Part shown: positions 29,051 to 39,000 of the stretch, in pieces
Numbering within the stretch: the stretch's first letter is position 1
Layout: every line of letters starts with the position of its first letter
Assembly (NCBI GenBank): GCA_045659905.1
Contig: JAZRCT010000054.1
Location: 40,546 to 104,545 of the forward strand
Length of the DNA: 64,000 nt
Source of the DNA: Eubacteriales bacterium
Lineage (GTDB): Bacteria > Bacillota > Clostridia > Oscillospirales > CAG-272
Direction: 5' to 3'
Made by a program: the position numbers and the translations under genes
The notes under the pieces: model-generated
Database searches by the model: none
Seen by the model: only the letters and a program-made list of their open reading frames with translations
Told to the model about the DNA's origin: nothing

Positions 29051-29800
29051 ATGGCAGAAAACGAACACGGCGGCGACAGCAACACGGTAAAGGAGAAAAA
29101 GTCCTTTAAGGAGTGGCTCGAAAATTATTTTTATCATTATAAATGGCATACTATCGTCGCTTTGGTGATAGTCTTTGCGATAGTTATTTGCTCGGTGCAG
29201 ATGTGTGATAAGACCTCGTACGACCTGCACGTTATGTATGCGGGCGGCACGGATATCCGTATGACTAGCGTCAAGGAGGGGGATATTTCCGAATACCAGA
29301 AGCTTCTTTCGGGTATCAGGCCCTACACCGGCGACTCCGACGGCGACGGCAACGTAAATATAAATCTTCTTAATCTTTATATGCCCTCGGCAGAGGAAAT
29401 CAAGGAAATTGAAAAGGACGAAAATAATGAAGCCAATCTTGCCCTGATAGCACAAAACAACGAGCTTTTCAAGCAGAATATTCAATACGGCGATTACTAC
29501 GTATGCTTTATTTCGGAGCATCTGTTTTTAAAGCATACCGAGGATGAAAGCATCGTACGCTTTGCGCCAATCGCCCCCTATGCCGAGGAAAACAGCTCGG
29601 CAAAATACGTGAATGAATACGGAATATATCTTTCCTCGCTTCCTATTTACGAGAAGCCGGGCTTCAATCTGCTCGGTGAAGACACCGTGCTTTGCATAAG
29701 ACGGGTAGACTATATTTCGGGAAGCTTCGACAAGGACGACAGCTTATCAGTATTTAAGCACAGCGAGGCGTTTCTTCGCAGTCTTATCCTGGCAAAATAG
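29051..29800 (+). CDS. hypothetical single-pass membrane protein
   Basis: Start set at the ATG at 29051 (MAENEHGG...), which has an AAGGAG RBS. One TM helix (IVALVIVFAIVICSV) is followed by a domain of about 200 aa. I recognised no family. Confidence 0.65.
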   Translation: MAENEHGGDSNTVKEKKSFKEWLENYFYHYKWHTIVALVIVFAIVICSVQMCDKTSYDLHVMYAGGTDIRMTSVKEGDISEYQKLLSGIRPYTGDSDGDGNVNINLLNLYMPSAEEIKEIEKDENNEANLALIAQNNELFKQNIQYGDYYVCFISEHLFLKHTEDESIVRFAPIAPYAEENSSAKYVNEYGIYLSSLPIYEKPGFNLLGEDTVLCIRRVDYISGSFDKDDSLSVFKHSEAFLRSLILAK

Positions 29801-30087
29801 TAGCAAACCCCAAGGGATTTCATAAAATGCTATCAGCGAGTATTTCGCTAAGGCTTTTTTCGGAGTATTTTATGAAAATTATTATCTTACGTGCGCCCCG
29901 TGCGTTGCGTCCTATACTTAAAAAGCTGTTTTCCATAAGCTGACAGCGAGGCGTAATAATTAAAATCAAGAAAGAGAGAGTAAATCGGTACAGAAATATG
30001 CCGAAATGCTCCCTCTTTTTCCTTATCATTTGCCTAGCCTTATAAGGAACACTTTGATTTTAAAGCGTTCGAACGTATTTTTAAAAA

Positions 30088-30146
30088 GGGACGCTTTGAA
30101 GCCAAAGCGTCCCTTACACCCCGAAAGCATTTTGGGGTGTTTTTTA
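30088..30146 (+). terminator. two-hairpin terminator module, copy B
   Basis: GGGACGCTTTG-AAGC-CAAAGCGTCCC (30088-30113), then ACACCCC-GAAAGCATTTT-GGGGTGT plus T-run (30116-30146). It is nearly identical to copy A apart from compensatory changes in stem 1. Confidence 0.75.
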
Positions 30147-30268
30147 TTGCCTTGGGGCAATATCACTCTTTGCGAAAGCAAAGAATATCACTGCGAAGCA
30201 ATATCACCCTCGCCGCAGCGAGGATATTTCACTCTTCACTCTTCACTTTTCACTCTTCACTCTTACCT
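30146..30268 (+). repeat. mini-hairpin micro-array B plus YTTCACT heptamer tandem repeat
   Basis: Hairpins are ATTGCC-TTGG-GGCAAT, CTTTGC-GAAA-GCAAAG, GC-GAA-GC and CCTCGC-CGCA-GCGAGG. They are separated by AATATCACT/AATATCACC at 30159, 30184 and 30200. Tandem TTTCACT CTTCACT CTTCACT TTTCACT CTTCACT follows at 30227-30261. Confidence 0.75.
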
Positions 30269-30282
30269 CCAGAGCATCTGTG

Positions 30283-30414
30283 TCAGATGCTCTGGTTCAA
30301 GTCCCACACGCCATCGGTATTTTCTACGGCGGTGGTTTCAGTTCCGGAGGTAGTAATGATATCCGAATTTACAAGATTTATTACCTCAAAATCGGGGTTA
30401 ATGTAAAGTTTCAT
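30283..30414 (-). CDS. 43-aa peptide, paralog of the 40744-40890 peptide (not in ORF track)
   Basis: ATG at 30414, preceded by AAAGGAGG, 18 nt after the stop of the 818-aa gene. Translation: MKLYINPDFEVINLVNSDIITTSGTETTAVENTDGVWDLNQSI. It shares M-K-x-Y-I-x-P-x-x-E...L...D-I-I-T-x-S with the other peptide. Its stop codon lies inside a 12-bp hairpin (30269-30296). Confidence 0.6.
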   Translation of the reverse strand: MKLYINPDFEVINLVNSDIITTSGTETTAVENTDGVWDLNQSI

Positions 30415-30432
30415 TGCTATTTCCTCCTTTAA

Positions 30433-32889
30433 TTACTGGTTGTTAAGTGAGAATATATAATCTCTGTAAGCCTTAGCTGATGCGCAGTAGTTGTAGAATT
30501 TAGCTACGATATCGGAAAGCTCGGTATCGCTCTTTTCTACTGCATCTGCGTAGTAAGCGATAAGGTTATATTCACCACTGATTTCGGTATCTGCTATTTC
30601 GTAGCTGAATACCTCGGTCATTTCATATGCAAAGAGGGTAAATTCGATATAGTCGCCGTCTGCATCGTTGCCCATCTTAGCCTCACTTGCACGAAGCGCT
30701 CTCGTACCAACCTTGAAGCTGAATTTATCAGCCGAGTAGGTATCAAGATAGAAGCGTACTGCGGGATTTGCCTCAAGCACAAAGGTAGCTCCCGAAAGTC
30801 CGTTGGTGGTACACTTAGCGTCGCCCGTATTGATAGCAGCGGTCGATGCATAGCCGTTAAGCACAGCATCAATCTCTGCCGATACTGCCGTCTTATCGTC
30901 TGCGTTAAAGTAATTGTATGCGCTTCTGATATACGAAAGCATATCCTTAGCAAGCGTCTTTTCGGTAGTGCTAACCTCGGTATCGCTCATTGCGAGAAGC
31001 TTCTCTGCGTACTTCACAGTAGAGAAGGTGAAGCTGCCGTTTACGGAAGTGCCGTCAATATCAAGAGTCACAACAAGTGTCAGAGTCTTAGTCGCCTCGT
31101 TTGCCGCAAGCTCTACCGATACGAGATAGTAGCCGTCCTTAGCCTCGCCAAGCATATTCGTATAATCGTCTGAACCAAGCTTTACAGCTGTAAGTCTATC
31201 GTCAGCGGGAATATATACGTTAAATATGAGATTGGAGTCAAGCGTTACCGAAGCCTTGGGAGTGAAGTCGATGCCTATCGTCACGGAAGGAGTAAACATA
31301 TAGGTAGCGATACTTGCATCCTCGCCCTGCTTTACAAGCTTAAAGCCGAAATATTCGTCAGCAGGCACAGTAGCGCCGGTAGGAACTGCAAGCTCAAGGT
31401 AGCTGCCGTTATCACCCTTCTCGAATACGAGTACGCTCGTCGTAGCGTCTGCCTTCGTGAAGATATTAAAGGTCTTGGTATCGGCTACAATTCTACCGCC
31501 CTTGATAACGTACTTGATATTAGTAAGTCCGTTTCCAAGATTAAAGAGGGTTGCGCCCTGAGCCGCACTCTTAATATCAAAGATGCAGTTATTAAAGCTA
31601 ATCTCGGGATAAGCCTTAGAATCGGGAGTTTCTGCGTTTATAGAGGTCGTTGCTATGATATTCGTAGCCGAGCCTGTAACCTTAAAGGTGACGTTATCAA
31701 ATCTGTAATCAAACGCCTTGCCCGAAACGTCGATATTGGACGACGTGCCCCATGGCTCGTAGCTAATCATAGGTGAGTTTACAATCTCAATATTTCCGTC
31801 TACGAAGCTGAATACGGTCGGGAATATTGAGCTGTCGCCCGTAACAACCCAAGGCTTAATCGAGGACGAGAACATTACTCTATTGTCAGCTGCCGAAAGC
31901 GTGAAGCCCATAAGGTCTACCGTAATTACGCCCTGAACCTGAGCTAAGTTATTGTAAGCCTCGTTGTCGGCAAACTTGTAATCACGTCTCAGAATTATAA
32001 ACGCTGCCTTGGGACTTTGACCGTAGGAGCTTCCGTCCCAGGTATTTGCCGACATATAGTTCTTTGCCGCATTGACTGCGCCGTTATTGTTATAGGGGTT
32101 AGTGGTGTCGAGAAGCGAATCAAATGCGCCGAGGAAGTTGCCGTTTTCGTCAAATACTACGAAGGGATATTTTTCCGTCGAGTAATACTGATAAGGAATA
32201 TCTCCGTATTTCGTGGGAATAGGCTCACCGAGCGCATAATCCGAGTAAAGACCGTTATTCTTATCAAGAATGAAGCTGAGCACCTTGCCCGATTTATTCT
32301 TGAAGATTACGTTAGGAGCAGCCACGTGAGAAAGCTGAGTAAGCGTGAGATATTTTCCGTCCACAGCTTCAAAATAGTACGTATCATTGCTATTCATATC
32401 GCAAAGGGTGCGACCTGCAAAGTCGTCGGCTATTATTTTTCCGCCCTTGAATATAGCGGAGCTCGAATTATACTCGTTACTGAACGAGAAGTATAGGGCA
32501 TTCGAAGCCGCAGCGGTAAAATCAAAGGTGCAGTTTTCAAAGAAGTAATCAACCGCAAGTCCGTTACCAACGTGACCGCCTCCGGTCCATTCTCTGATAA
32601 AGCCGTTTCCGCCGCTTGCAACCTTAAAGGTAACGTCGGTAAAGGTGAAGCCAAACTGCTTAGACTCGTAGCTTGCATTAGTGCCTGCGTGACCAAGCGC
32701 AATCATAGGTGCATTCGGCTTATTGTTAAGAAGCGTACCGCCTCTGAATTCAATCTCCGATTTGTATCCGAAGACTCCCGCATTAGCCGTATCGTTGCAA
32801 TTAAGGTGTATATCTACAAGGTACTTATCTACGTTAGAAAGAGTAAAGCCGTTAAGGTCTATTATGATTTTTGCCTTTGCGGTTAACAA
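30433..32889 (-). pseudogene. 5'-truncated paralog of the giant beta-helix surface protein (818 aa open)
   Basis: The frame opens only 9 codons upstream of a TTG. There is no RBS and no signal peptide. The protein begins exactly at a module start (AKIIIDLNGFTL; compare TTINLNGHTV and TVNFDLAGNTL in the 36016 gene). It has two repeated modules (DLxGFTL...NVTFKV...NC(T/I)FD...KGG(K/R)I(I/V)AD). Its C-terminal domain is homologous to the C-terminus of the 36016-40730 product. Confidence 0.6.
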
Positions 32890-33073
32890 GCACGTTAAAC
32901 GCCTCTATCGTGACGAGAAGCTTCGCTCCCTTTGAGAGCGCGTCTTCCATTCTCGAAAACTCTCTGTCGTAATATTCCTTACCGAGCTTAAGGCAGTATT
33001 CTCTGTCATATTCCTTCGGATTTCTCACGTCGTAATCAAAGGGCTGTTTTGACTGAAGTATTGCGATTTTCAT
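32880..33073 (-). pseudogene. N-terminal fragment of an unrelated gene (possibly carbon-nitrogen hydrolase-like) abutting the truncated beta-helix gene
   Basis: ATG at 33073 with a GAGGAA RBS. The translation is MKIAILQSKQPFDYDVRNPKEYDREYCLKLGKEYYDREFSRMEDALSKGAKLLVTIEAFNV, which then runs into a stop after 12 unrelated codons at the junction. The family assignment is tentative. Confidence 0.4.
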
Positions 33074-33234
33074 TTTGGATTCCTCATTTGCGGTAACGTT
33101 TTTTATCATTTTAGCACAAAAGCAATGCATTTTTCAAGTCCTAAAACAACTTAATGCCGAATTTACAAATTCGGTCTTTTATTTTTCTTCTATTCGTGCT
33201 AGAATATATCCAATAAAGAAAGAGGTATTGTGCA

Positions 33235-34395
33235 ATGGAAATAGCAAGCAATATTTTTTACGTAGGAGTCAACGACCACCTAACCGACCTTTTCGAGGGG
33301 CAGTATAAGGTTCCTCTCGGAATGTCCTATAATTCATATCTTATAATGGACGAAAAAATTGCCGTAATGGATAGCGTGGATATCCGCTTCTTCGACGAGT
33401 GGATTTCCAATATAGAGGGACTTCTTTGCGGACGCGAGCCTGACTATATAGTAGTTCAGCATATGGAGCCCGACCATTCGTCGAGCCTTTTCAGATTTAC
33501 CGAGAAATATAAAAACGCCACCGTAGTCGCATCAAAGTCGGCATTCAATATGATGAGGGGCTTTTTCGGCTCTGATTTTTCCGACCGCAGACTTATAGTA
33601 GGCGAGGGCGATACGCTTTCGCTCGGCGAGCGCTCGCTCTCATTTGTTACCGCTCCTATGGTGCATTGGCCTGAGGTTATAGTAAGCTACGAAGCAAAGG
33701 ACGGCATACTCTTCTCTGCGGACGGCTTCGGCAAATTCGGAGCGCTCGACTACGAGGACGAATGGGCGTGCGAGGCAAGACGCTACTATTTCGGAATAGT
33801 AGGAAAGTACGGCGCTCAGGTGCAGGCTCTGCTCAAAAAGGCGGCGGCGCTTAAGATAAATAAAATCTGTCCGCTTCACGGTCCTGTCCTTACCGAGAAT
33901 ATCGGATACTATATCAATCTTTACGACACCTGGTCGTCCTACCGCCCCGAGGACGAGGGCGTCACGATTGCCTACACCTCTGTATACGGCAATACCAAGG
34001 CGGCAGTCGAGCTTCTTTCAGAAAAGCTGAAGGAATACGGCGTAGAGAAAATCTCGGTAAACGACCTTGCAAGATGCGATATGGCAGAGGCGGTAGAGGA
34101 CGCCTTCAGATACGACCGCTTAGTTCTCGCTACCACCACCTACAACGGTGACGTATTCCCCTTTATGAAGGAATTTATAAATCACCTTACCGAGCGTGGA
34201 TATAAGAACCGCAAAATAGCCCTTATCGAAAACGGCAGCTGGGCGCCCACGGCAGCTAAGATAATGGAAAAAATGCTTGAGGGCTGCCAGAATATCGATA
34301 TACTTTCCTCAAGACCTAAAATTCTCTCCTCGCTCTCGGAAGCGTCCGAGGCAGAAATAGATGCGCTTGCCAAGGAGCTTGCTAGCGCTCGCTAA
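33235..34395 (+). CDS. fprA: FprA-family A-type flavoprotein (flavodiiron protein)
   Basis: 386 aa with an N-terminal metallo-beta-lactamase-like domain (MSYNSYLIMDEKIAVMDSVD, HMEPDHS) and a C-terminal flavodoxin-like domain (IAYTSVYGNT). Confidence 0.85.
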   Translation: MEIASNIFYVGVNDHLTDLFEGQYKVPLGMSYNSYLIMDEKIAVMDSVDIRFFDEWISNIEGLLCGREPDYIVVQHMEPDHSSSLFRFTEKYKNATVVASKSAFNMMRGFFGSDFSDRRLIVGEGDTLSLGERSLSFVTAPMVHWPEVIVSYEAKDGILFSADGFGKFGALDYEDEWACEARRYYFGIVGKYGAQVQALLKKAAALKINKICPLHGPVLTENIGYYINLYDTWSSYRPEDEGVTIAYTSVYGNTKAAVELLSEKLKEYGVEKISVNDLARCDMAEAVEDAFRYDRLVLATTTYNGDVFPFMKEFINHLTERGYKNRKIALIENGSWAPTAAKIMEKMLEGCQNIDILSSRPKILSSLSEASEAEIDALAKELASAR

Positions 34396-34412
34396 ACAGC
34401 TATAAATAAAAT

Positions 34413-34460
34413 GCAAAAGCAAGATTACTAAATACTCGGTAATCTTGCTTTTGTTTTGCG
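34413..34460. terminator. bidirectional terminator between fprA and dpaB
   Basis: A 15-bp stem GCAAAAGCAAGATTAC / GTAATCTTGCTTTTG, with T-rich flanks on both strands. Confidence 0.75.
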
Positions 34461-34492
34461 TGTTGACTATTATTATTTACAAAAAATGCGAT

Positions 34493-35053
34493 TTATATAA
34501 AAATCGGGCGAAGCTGTATTCCATCTTTCATAGCCGAATATGCAGGAATCAGCTTACTGAAATCAGCTACGAGCGAATGCGGCTTGCCTACGGTATCGTC
34601 CTGCGAAAGCGGAACGAAATACACGCTCTTTCGCATAAGCATCGCACCTATATTCGGAAGATTCTGCGACATAGCGTCATTCGATGCAAGCGCTATAAGC
34701 AAGGGTCTGTCACGGCGCAGGTGCGCCTTTGCTGCCATCGTCACTGAGGTATCGGTTATTCCGTTTGCCATTTTCGCAAGTGTGTTGCCGGTGCAGGGGG
34801 CTATTATGAGCGCATCGAGAGGCAGCTTAGGTCCCAGAGGCTCAGCGTCCCTTACGGTGTGTATTATCTGGTTGCCCGTTATTTCCATCACCTCCCTGCG
34901 AAGCTCCTCGCAGGAATAAAATCTCGTGTCGGTCGAATACACCCTCTCGCTCATAATAGGCAGTACGGCCTCGCCTGAGCGAACCAGCTCACGAAGCTCC
35001 GCAAGCGACGCCTTAAGGGTGCAAAACGAGCCGCAAAACGCATATCCTATCAT
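34493..35053 (-). CDS. dpaB: dipicolinate synthase subunit B
   Basis: 186 aa flavoprotein fold with GYAFCGSFCT and IIAPCTGNTLAKMANGITD, typical of SpoVFB. A 4-nt overlap with dpaA. Confidence 0.85.
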   Translation of the reverse strand: MIGYAFCGSFCTLKASLAELRELVRSGEAVLPIMSERVYSTDTRFYSCEELRREVMEITGNQIIHTVRDAEPLGPKLPLDALIIAPCTGNTLAKMANGITDTSVTMAAKAHLRRDRPLLIALASNDAMSQNLPNIGAMLMRKSVYFVPLSQDDTVGKPHSLVADFSKLIPAYSAMKDGIQLRPIFI

Positions 35054-35808
35054 AAATTTGCTCCATCGTCGATATTAGAGATAAGCGCACGGACTACCGC
35101 CCTGCCTACCGCACGCCCCGCACTTTCGGGAAAAGCCCTCACGGGCAGCTGCATAAGCCTCGTTACGGAAGCGCCTGCAGGTATATTCTCCCCCGACGCC
35201 AGCTCTATAAGCTCAGCTCTGTAAGGAGGGATAAGCGCACTGTCGGGAATAAGCCTTGCAGGGGCAGTATTTATGAGGATATCAAGCTTCATATCCTTGA
35301 CGTAGCAAAGCTCGGAGTAGAGCTTTGCATTTAAGCCGACAGCCTTGCTTGGCGCTGAGGTATAGAGAGTAATTCCTGCCCCAAGGCGGGATAGCAGCTC
35401 ACAAAGCGACTTGCCTATTCTGCCGTAGCCTATTACGCCTACCGCAAGCTCGCTCGGCGCTACGGAATATTCCGAGAGAATATATCCAATACAGCCTATG
35501 GCTGTAAGATACGCTCCCTCTCTCTGGTATTCCTCGTCAAGCGCTAAATCCACCGCCGAAGCCCCCCGCACTAAGCAGGCGAGGGTGAATTCCTCAGGCA
35601 AGCCGTATCCTACCGCAATATCCCCCCGCTTTAGCTCCGATGCCACCGAAAGCAGGGCAATCTCGCTTCCCGTGACGTGCGTCTTGTCCCTTGTTGTCGG
35701 TATTGGCAAAAGCATCATATTCCCCGCCGCCAAGTCACGAAGCTCCATATCAAGGTATTCTTTGGCGCTAAGGCTTCTTTTATCATCCGAAAAAGCTGTA
35801 ATACGCAT
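35050..35808 (-). CDS. dpaA: dipicolinate synthase subunit A
   Basis: 252 aa with a Rossmann motif (VGVIGYGRIGKS). It is adjacent to and overlaps dpaB. It seems somewhat shorter than the typical SpoVFA as I recall it. Confidence 0.7.
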   Translation of the reverse strand: MRITAFSDDKRSLSAKEYLDMELRDLAAGNMMLLPIPTTRDKTHVTGSEIALLSVASELKRGDIAVGYGLPEEFTLACLVRGASAVDLALDEEYQREGAYLTAIGCIGYILSEYSVAPSELAVGVIGYGRIGKSLCELLSRLGAGITLYTSAPSKAVGLNAKLYSELCYVKDMKLDILINTAPARLIPDSALIPPYRAELIELASGENIPAGASVTRLMQLPVRAFPESAGRAVGRAVVRALISNIDDGANL

Positions 35809-36015
35809 ATAAAGCCCCCTCGCTTATCTCTTTTATATATTACGTGATCGCAAAAAAATCGGTTACAGCTTTTACAAAAGCACTGCCTTATTAAAGCAAA
35901 TTTTGTGTAATACCACTAATGAAGCCCGAAAATATTTATTTAGTATGTCAATTGAACTTGAGTTTAAAAATACTGTATAACTATTATACAAGATTTTTAT
36001 TTAAGGAGATATAGT

Positions 36016-39000
36016 ATGAGAAAACATCTTAAGACACTACTTCCGATAGTACTCGTAGTAGCGCTTGCTATGGCGCTCTCTATCGCAGTATTTGCCAGCG
36101 ACTCGACGAACGAAGCGAAAATAGGCGATACCGAGTACGCAACGCTTGAAGAAGCAGTAGCGGCTTCAAACGCATCGGCAAACGGCGAAACAATCGTCCT
36201 TTTAAAGGATATCAGCAGAACCGTTGCCACGATGGGCTTCTCCAAAAGCACCACCATAAATCTTAACGGTCACACGGTGTCCGCTACCGATCCCGCCAGC
36301 ACGGGAACCCCCATAATGGTAGTTAGTGCTCCGAACGTTACCTTAACGCTTTCGGGCAATGGCACCTTCAACGTAGCCCAGAAATTTCTTCAGATAAGCT
36401 CGAAGAATGACGGCGCTAAGATAATCGTAGACGGCACCGACTCCGGAATCGTAATCAACCAGTCTGCACCTCAGGCGGTATTAATGATAAACTCCGGCAC
36501 AGGCACAGAATTCACCAACGCCCACGTCTATGCGACTGCCAACGCCGAGTTCTTCCCCATTGCAAGCGGCACGGTAACCTTCAACGACTCCACGCTGGTC
36601 GCATCGAACTTAAGCGCTCGCCTCTTCAGCTACAAGACGGCAGGCGTAAAGTTCGTCTTTAATAACACCTACGCTTACGCCGGAAAGCAAATATTTGTCG
36701 GCAACGTTTTCAGCGCAACCGACGACAATTTCAAGGTAGATAACCCCGCCGACTTCGTAATGCTTGATGCAAAAAATTCCTTCTTCCACGCCACCGCCGT
36801 TGCCAGCGCCTCGAACATAACTAGCTTCGGCGGCGCAGGCAAGGTAAGAGTGTCGGGCACGATGAATTTCGACAACTGCGAGCTTATGGCATACAGAATA
36901 TTCGAAAACGGCGCCAGCTCGGGCGTTACCGGTCTTCAAGGCGGAGAGCTTGAGGACGGCTACACTCTTAATATCAACTGCACGAATTCCACCCTTCAGG
37001 CGCTTACTCACACCAACTCAGGACAGATAGTCCGCGGTCACGTAAATTACAGATTTGAGGACTGTAATCTCGGACTTCTCTCAAACGGCGGTCTCGGAGG
37101 TTATACCAGCGGCGAGTATATCACGGTAATCAACTGTCATTTCAGCAAAAACGTTATGGACGACACCACCGTAAAAGGCTGGCTTGAGGTAAATTCCATA
37201 AAGGAGGGTGACGGTAACGTATTCTGCTATGACGTAACCAATCCCGAATACCCCTTCTATCTCTGCAACGAAGAAAAGAAGCCCGTACAGCCCGATAATG
37301 TTCTTTTTAACAATTTTAACTTTAACCTGAACGCCAATGGTGCGCCCACATTCCCGCTTAAGGGCACAAGCACTACCGACGCCGGATTTAATAATACAAC
37401 CTACGGCGGTAACTTTACGATAAAGCACGGTATGCTTGAAGCAATTTCCGGAATCAACGGCTCATACCTTAAGTACACACCGTTACCGCACTTGACGGTT
37501 CTATACCCAGCACCCCCACCACGATAAACTCCACCGAGGACCCCTTCCTCATTCTCGGTGACGACAGCAAGCCAAATATCATCGCCTACAAGGACAACGA
37601 GATAATCGTAATCGATTTCGATATTATGCTTGAAAATTTCGGCGGCTCGAAGTTCTCAATAGCGCCGCAGTCGAGGGATGAGGATGGCAACGGAGTAAAC
37701 AGCGACCACTTTAACGTAACTGCGGGCGTAATCGACGGCAAGCCCTGTGCGGATTCACAGTGGCACCACATCCAGATGGTAATTTCCGTAAATCAAACGC
37801 AAAACGGCGACTGCAATATATACAACGGCTCGACCTACCAGCTTTACGTTGACGGCACTGCAGTCGGCAACGCTAACAGATTGGCGGTTAAAAACGACCT
37901 AACCCTGACCAAGGAGCTTTACCTCCAGGGTGTAAGAATCAACATTCTTAAAAATGTAGATCACACGACAGGCGCCTCTATCTCCTATGATAATATCCTT
38001 ATTCACTCCTACAAGGATGCCGATAGCTTCACTCCCGGCGCTCGTCCTCAGAACGGAACCCTTATGTCGGCGGGCAACAGACTTCATGGCATTGCGGCTG
38101 AAGGTCAGAGTCTCAATATCGTTACCGACCGCACGGTCACCACTAGCGATTTAGTCACCTCTCTTAAGAGCGGTATTTTCGATGAAAATGCAATTTACAC
38201 CGACTTTAAGGGCTTTATAACCGATAAATCGGCTCTCCCCGCAGGCAATAAGATTGGCGAGCAGATTTTCGTGCACGGCATAGACGGCACCACCGCTTCC
38301 TTCTACGCTACCTACTCGGATAAAACCTCGGGCGTCGTAGCTTACGGTACCGACGGTAAGCCTTATATGGGCGCAGACAACACGGCTGAGTTCAAAACTC
38401 TTTTCGAAACTTTAGGAAACGGCGAAACCGCTAAGCTTCTCGCCGAGGAATTTATCCTTGACGACAACAATCAGGTTTACCTTCACTCCGCCACCGCAAA
38501 GACCGTCAACTTCGACCTTGCGGGCAATACCTTGAACAAAATCAGAAAGGGCCTGATTTTCTCTAACTTCCAAAATATTACCTTCAACGTATACTCCTCG
38601 CTCCCCGGCGGCAAAATCAACTCACGAGGAATATTTGACAACAGCATCAACCCCAGCGATGCATACTACAGCTTTAATACCAACTTCGGTGGTGCAATGT
38701 TCTTCGTAAGCCAGCCTAACGCTACTATAAATCTCGGTAAATACGGAGGCTATTCCGGTGAAAACCTTACCGTCACCGGTGCGTTCATGGTTGACATTTC
38801 AGCTAACGTACAAAACACAAGCCTTAATATCGACGGCGGTACTTATATAAGAACCGTACACGACTCAATAGGCTTTATCGGTGTAAGAGCAGGCACTAAC
38901 TCTGCTATTTCCATCAAGAATGCAAACCTCCTTTCAGGAGAAGCAAGCCCTGCGACTATCTTCAGCATTCTCGAAGGCTCTACGGCAACCCTTACGGTAG

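Noticed and set aside
28967-29521. 184-aa minus-strand ORF
   Set aside because: It is antisense to the RBS-preceded gene 29051-29800. It starts inside the promoter region and has no recognisable features.
30269-30325. tRNA-like fragment (GGTTCAAGTCC...CGCCA following a stem-loop)
   Set aside because: The putative T-arm flanks do not pair. The 'anticodon' loop lacks U33 in any 7-nt register. There is no acceptor or D arm. The stem-loop is better explained as the hairpin overlapping the peptide-ORF stop.
37510-37519. Poly-C tract as a phase-variation switch for the giant surface-protein gene
   Set aside because: The tract is only C5, shorter than typical contingency-locus repeats. The frameshift could lie anywhere in 37473-37524. 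It is kept as one option inside a finding, not as a claim.
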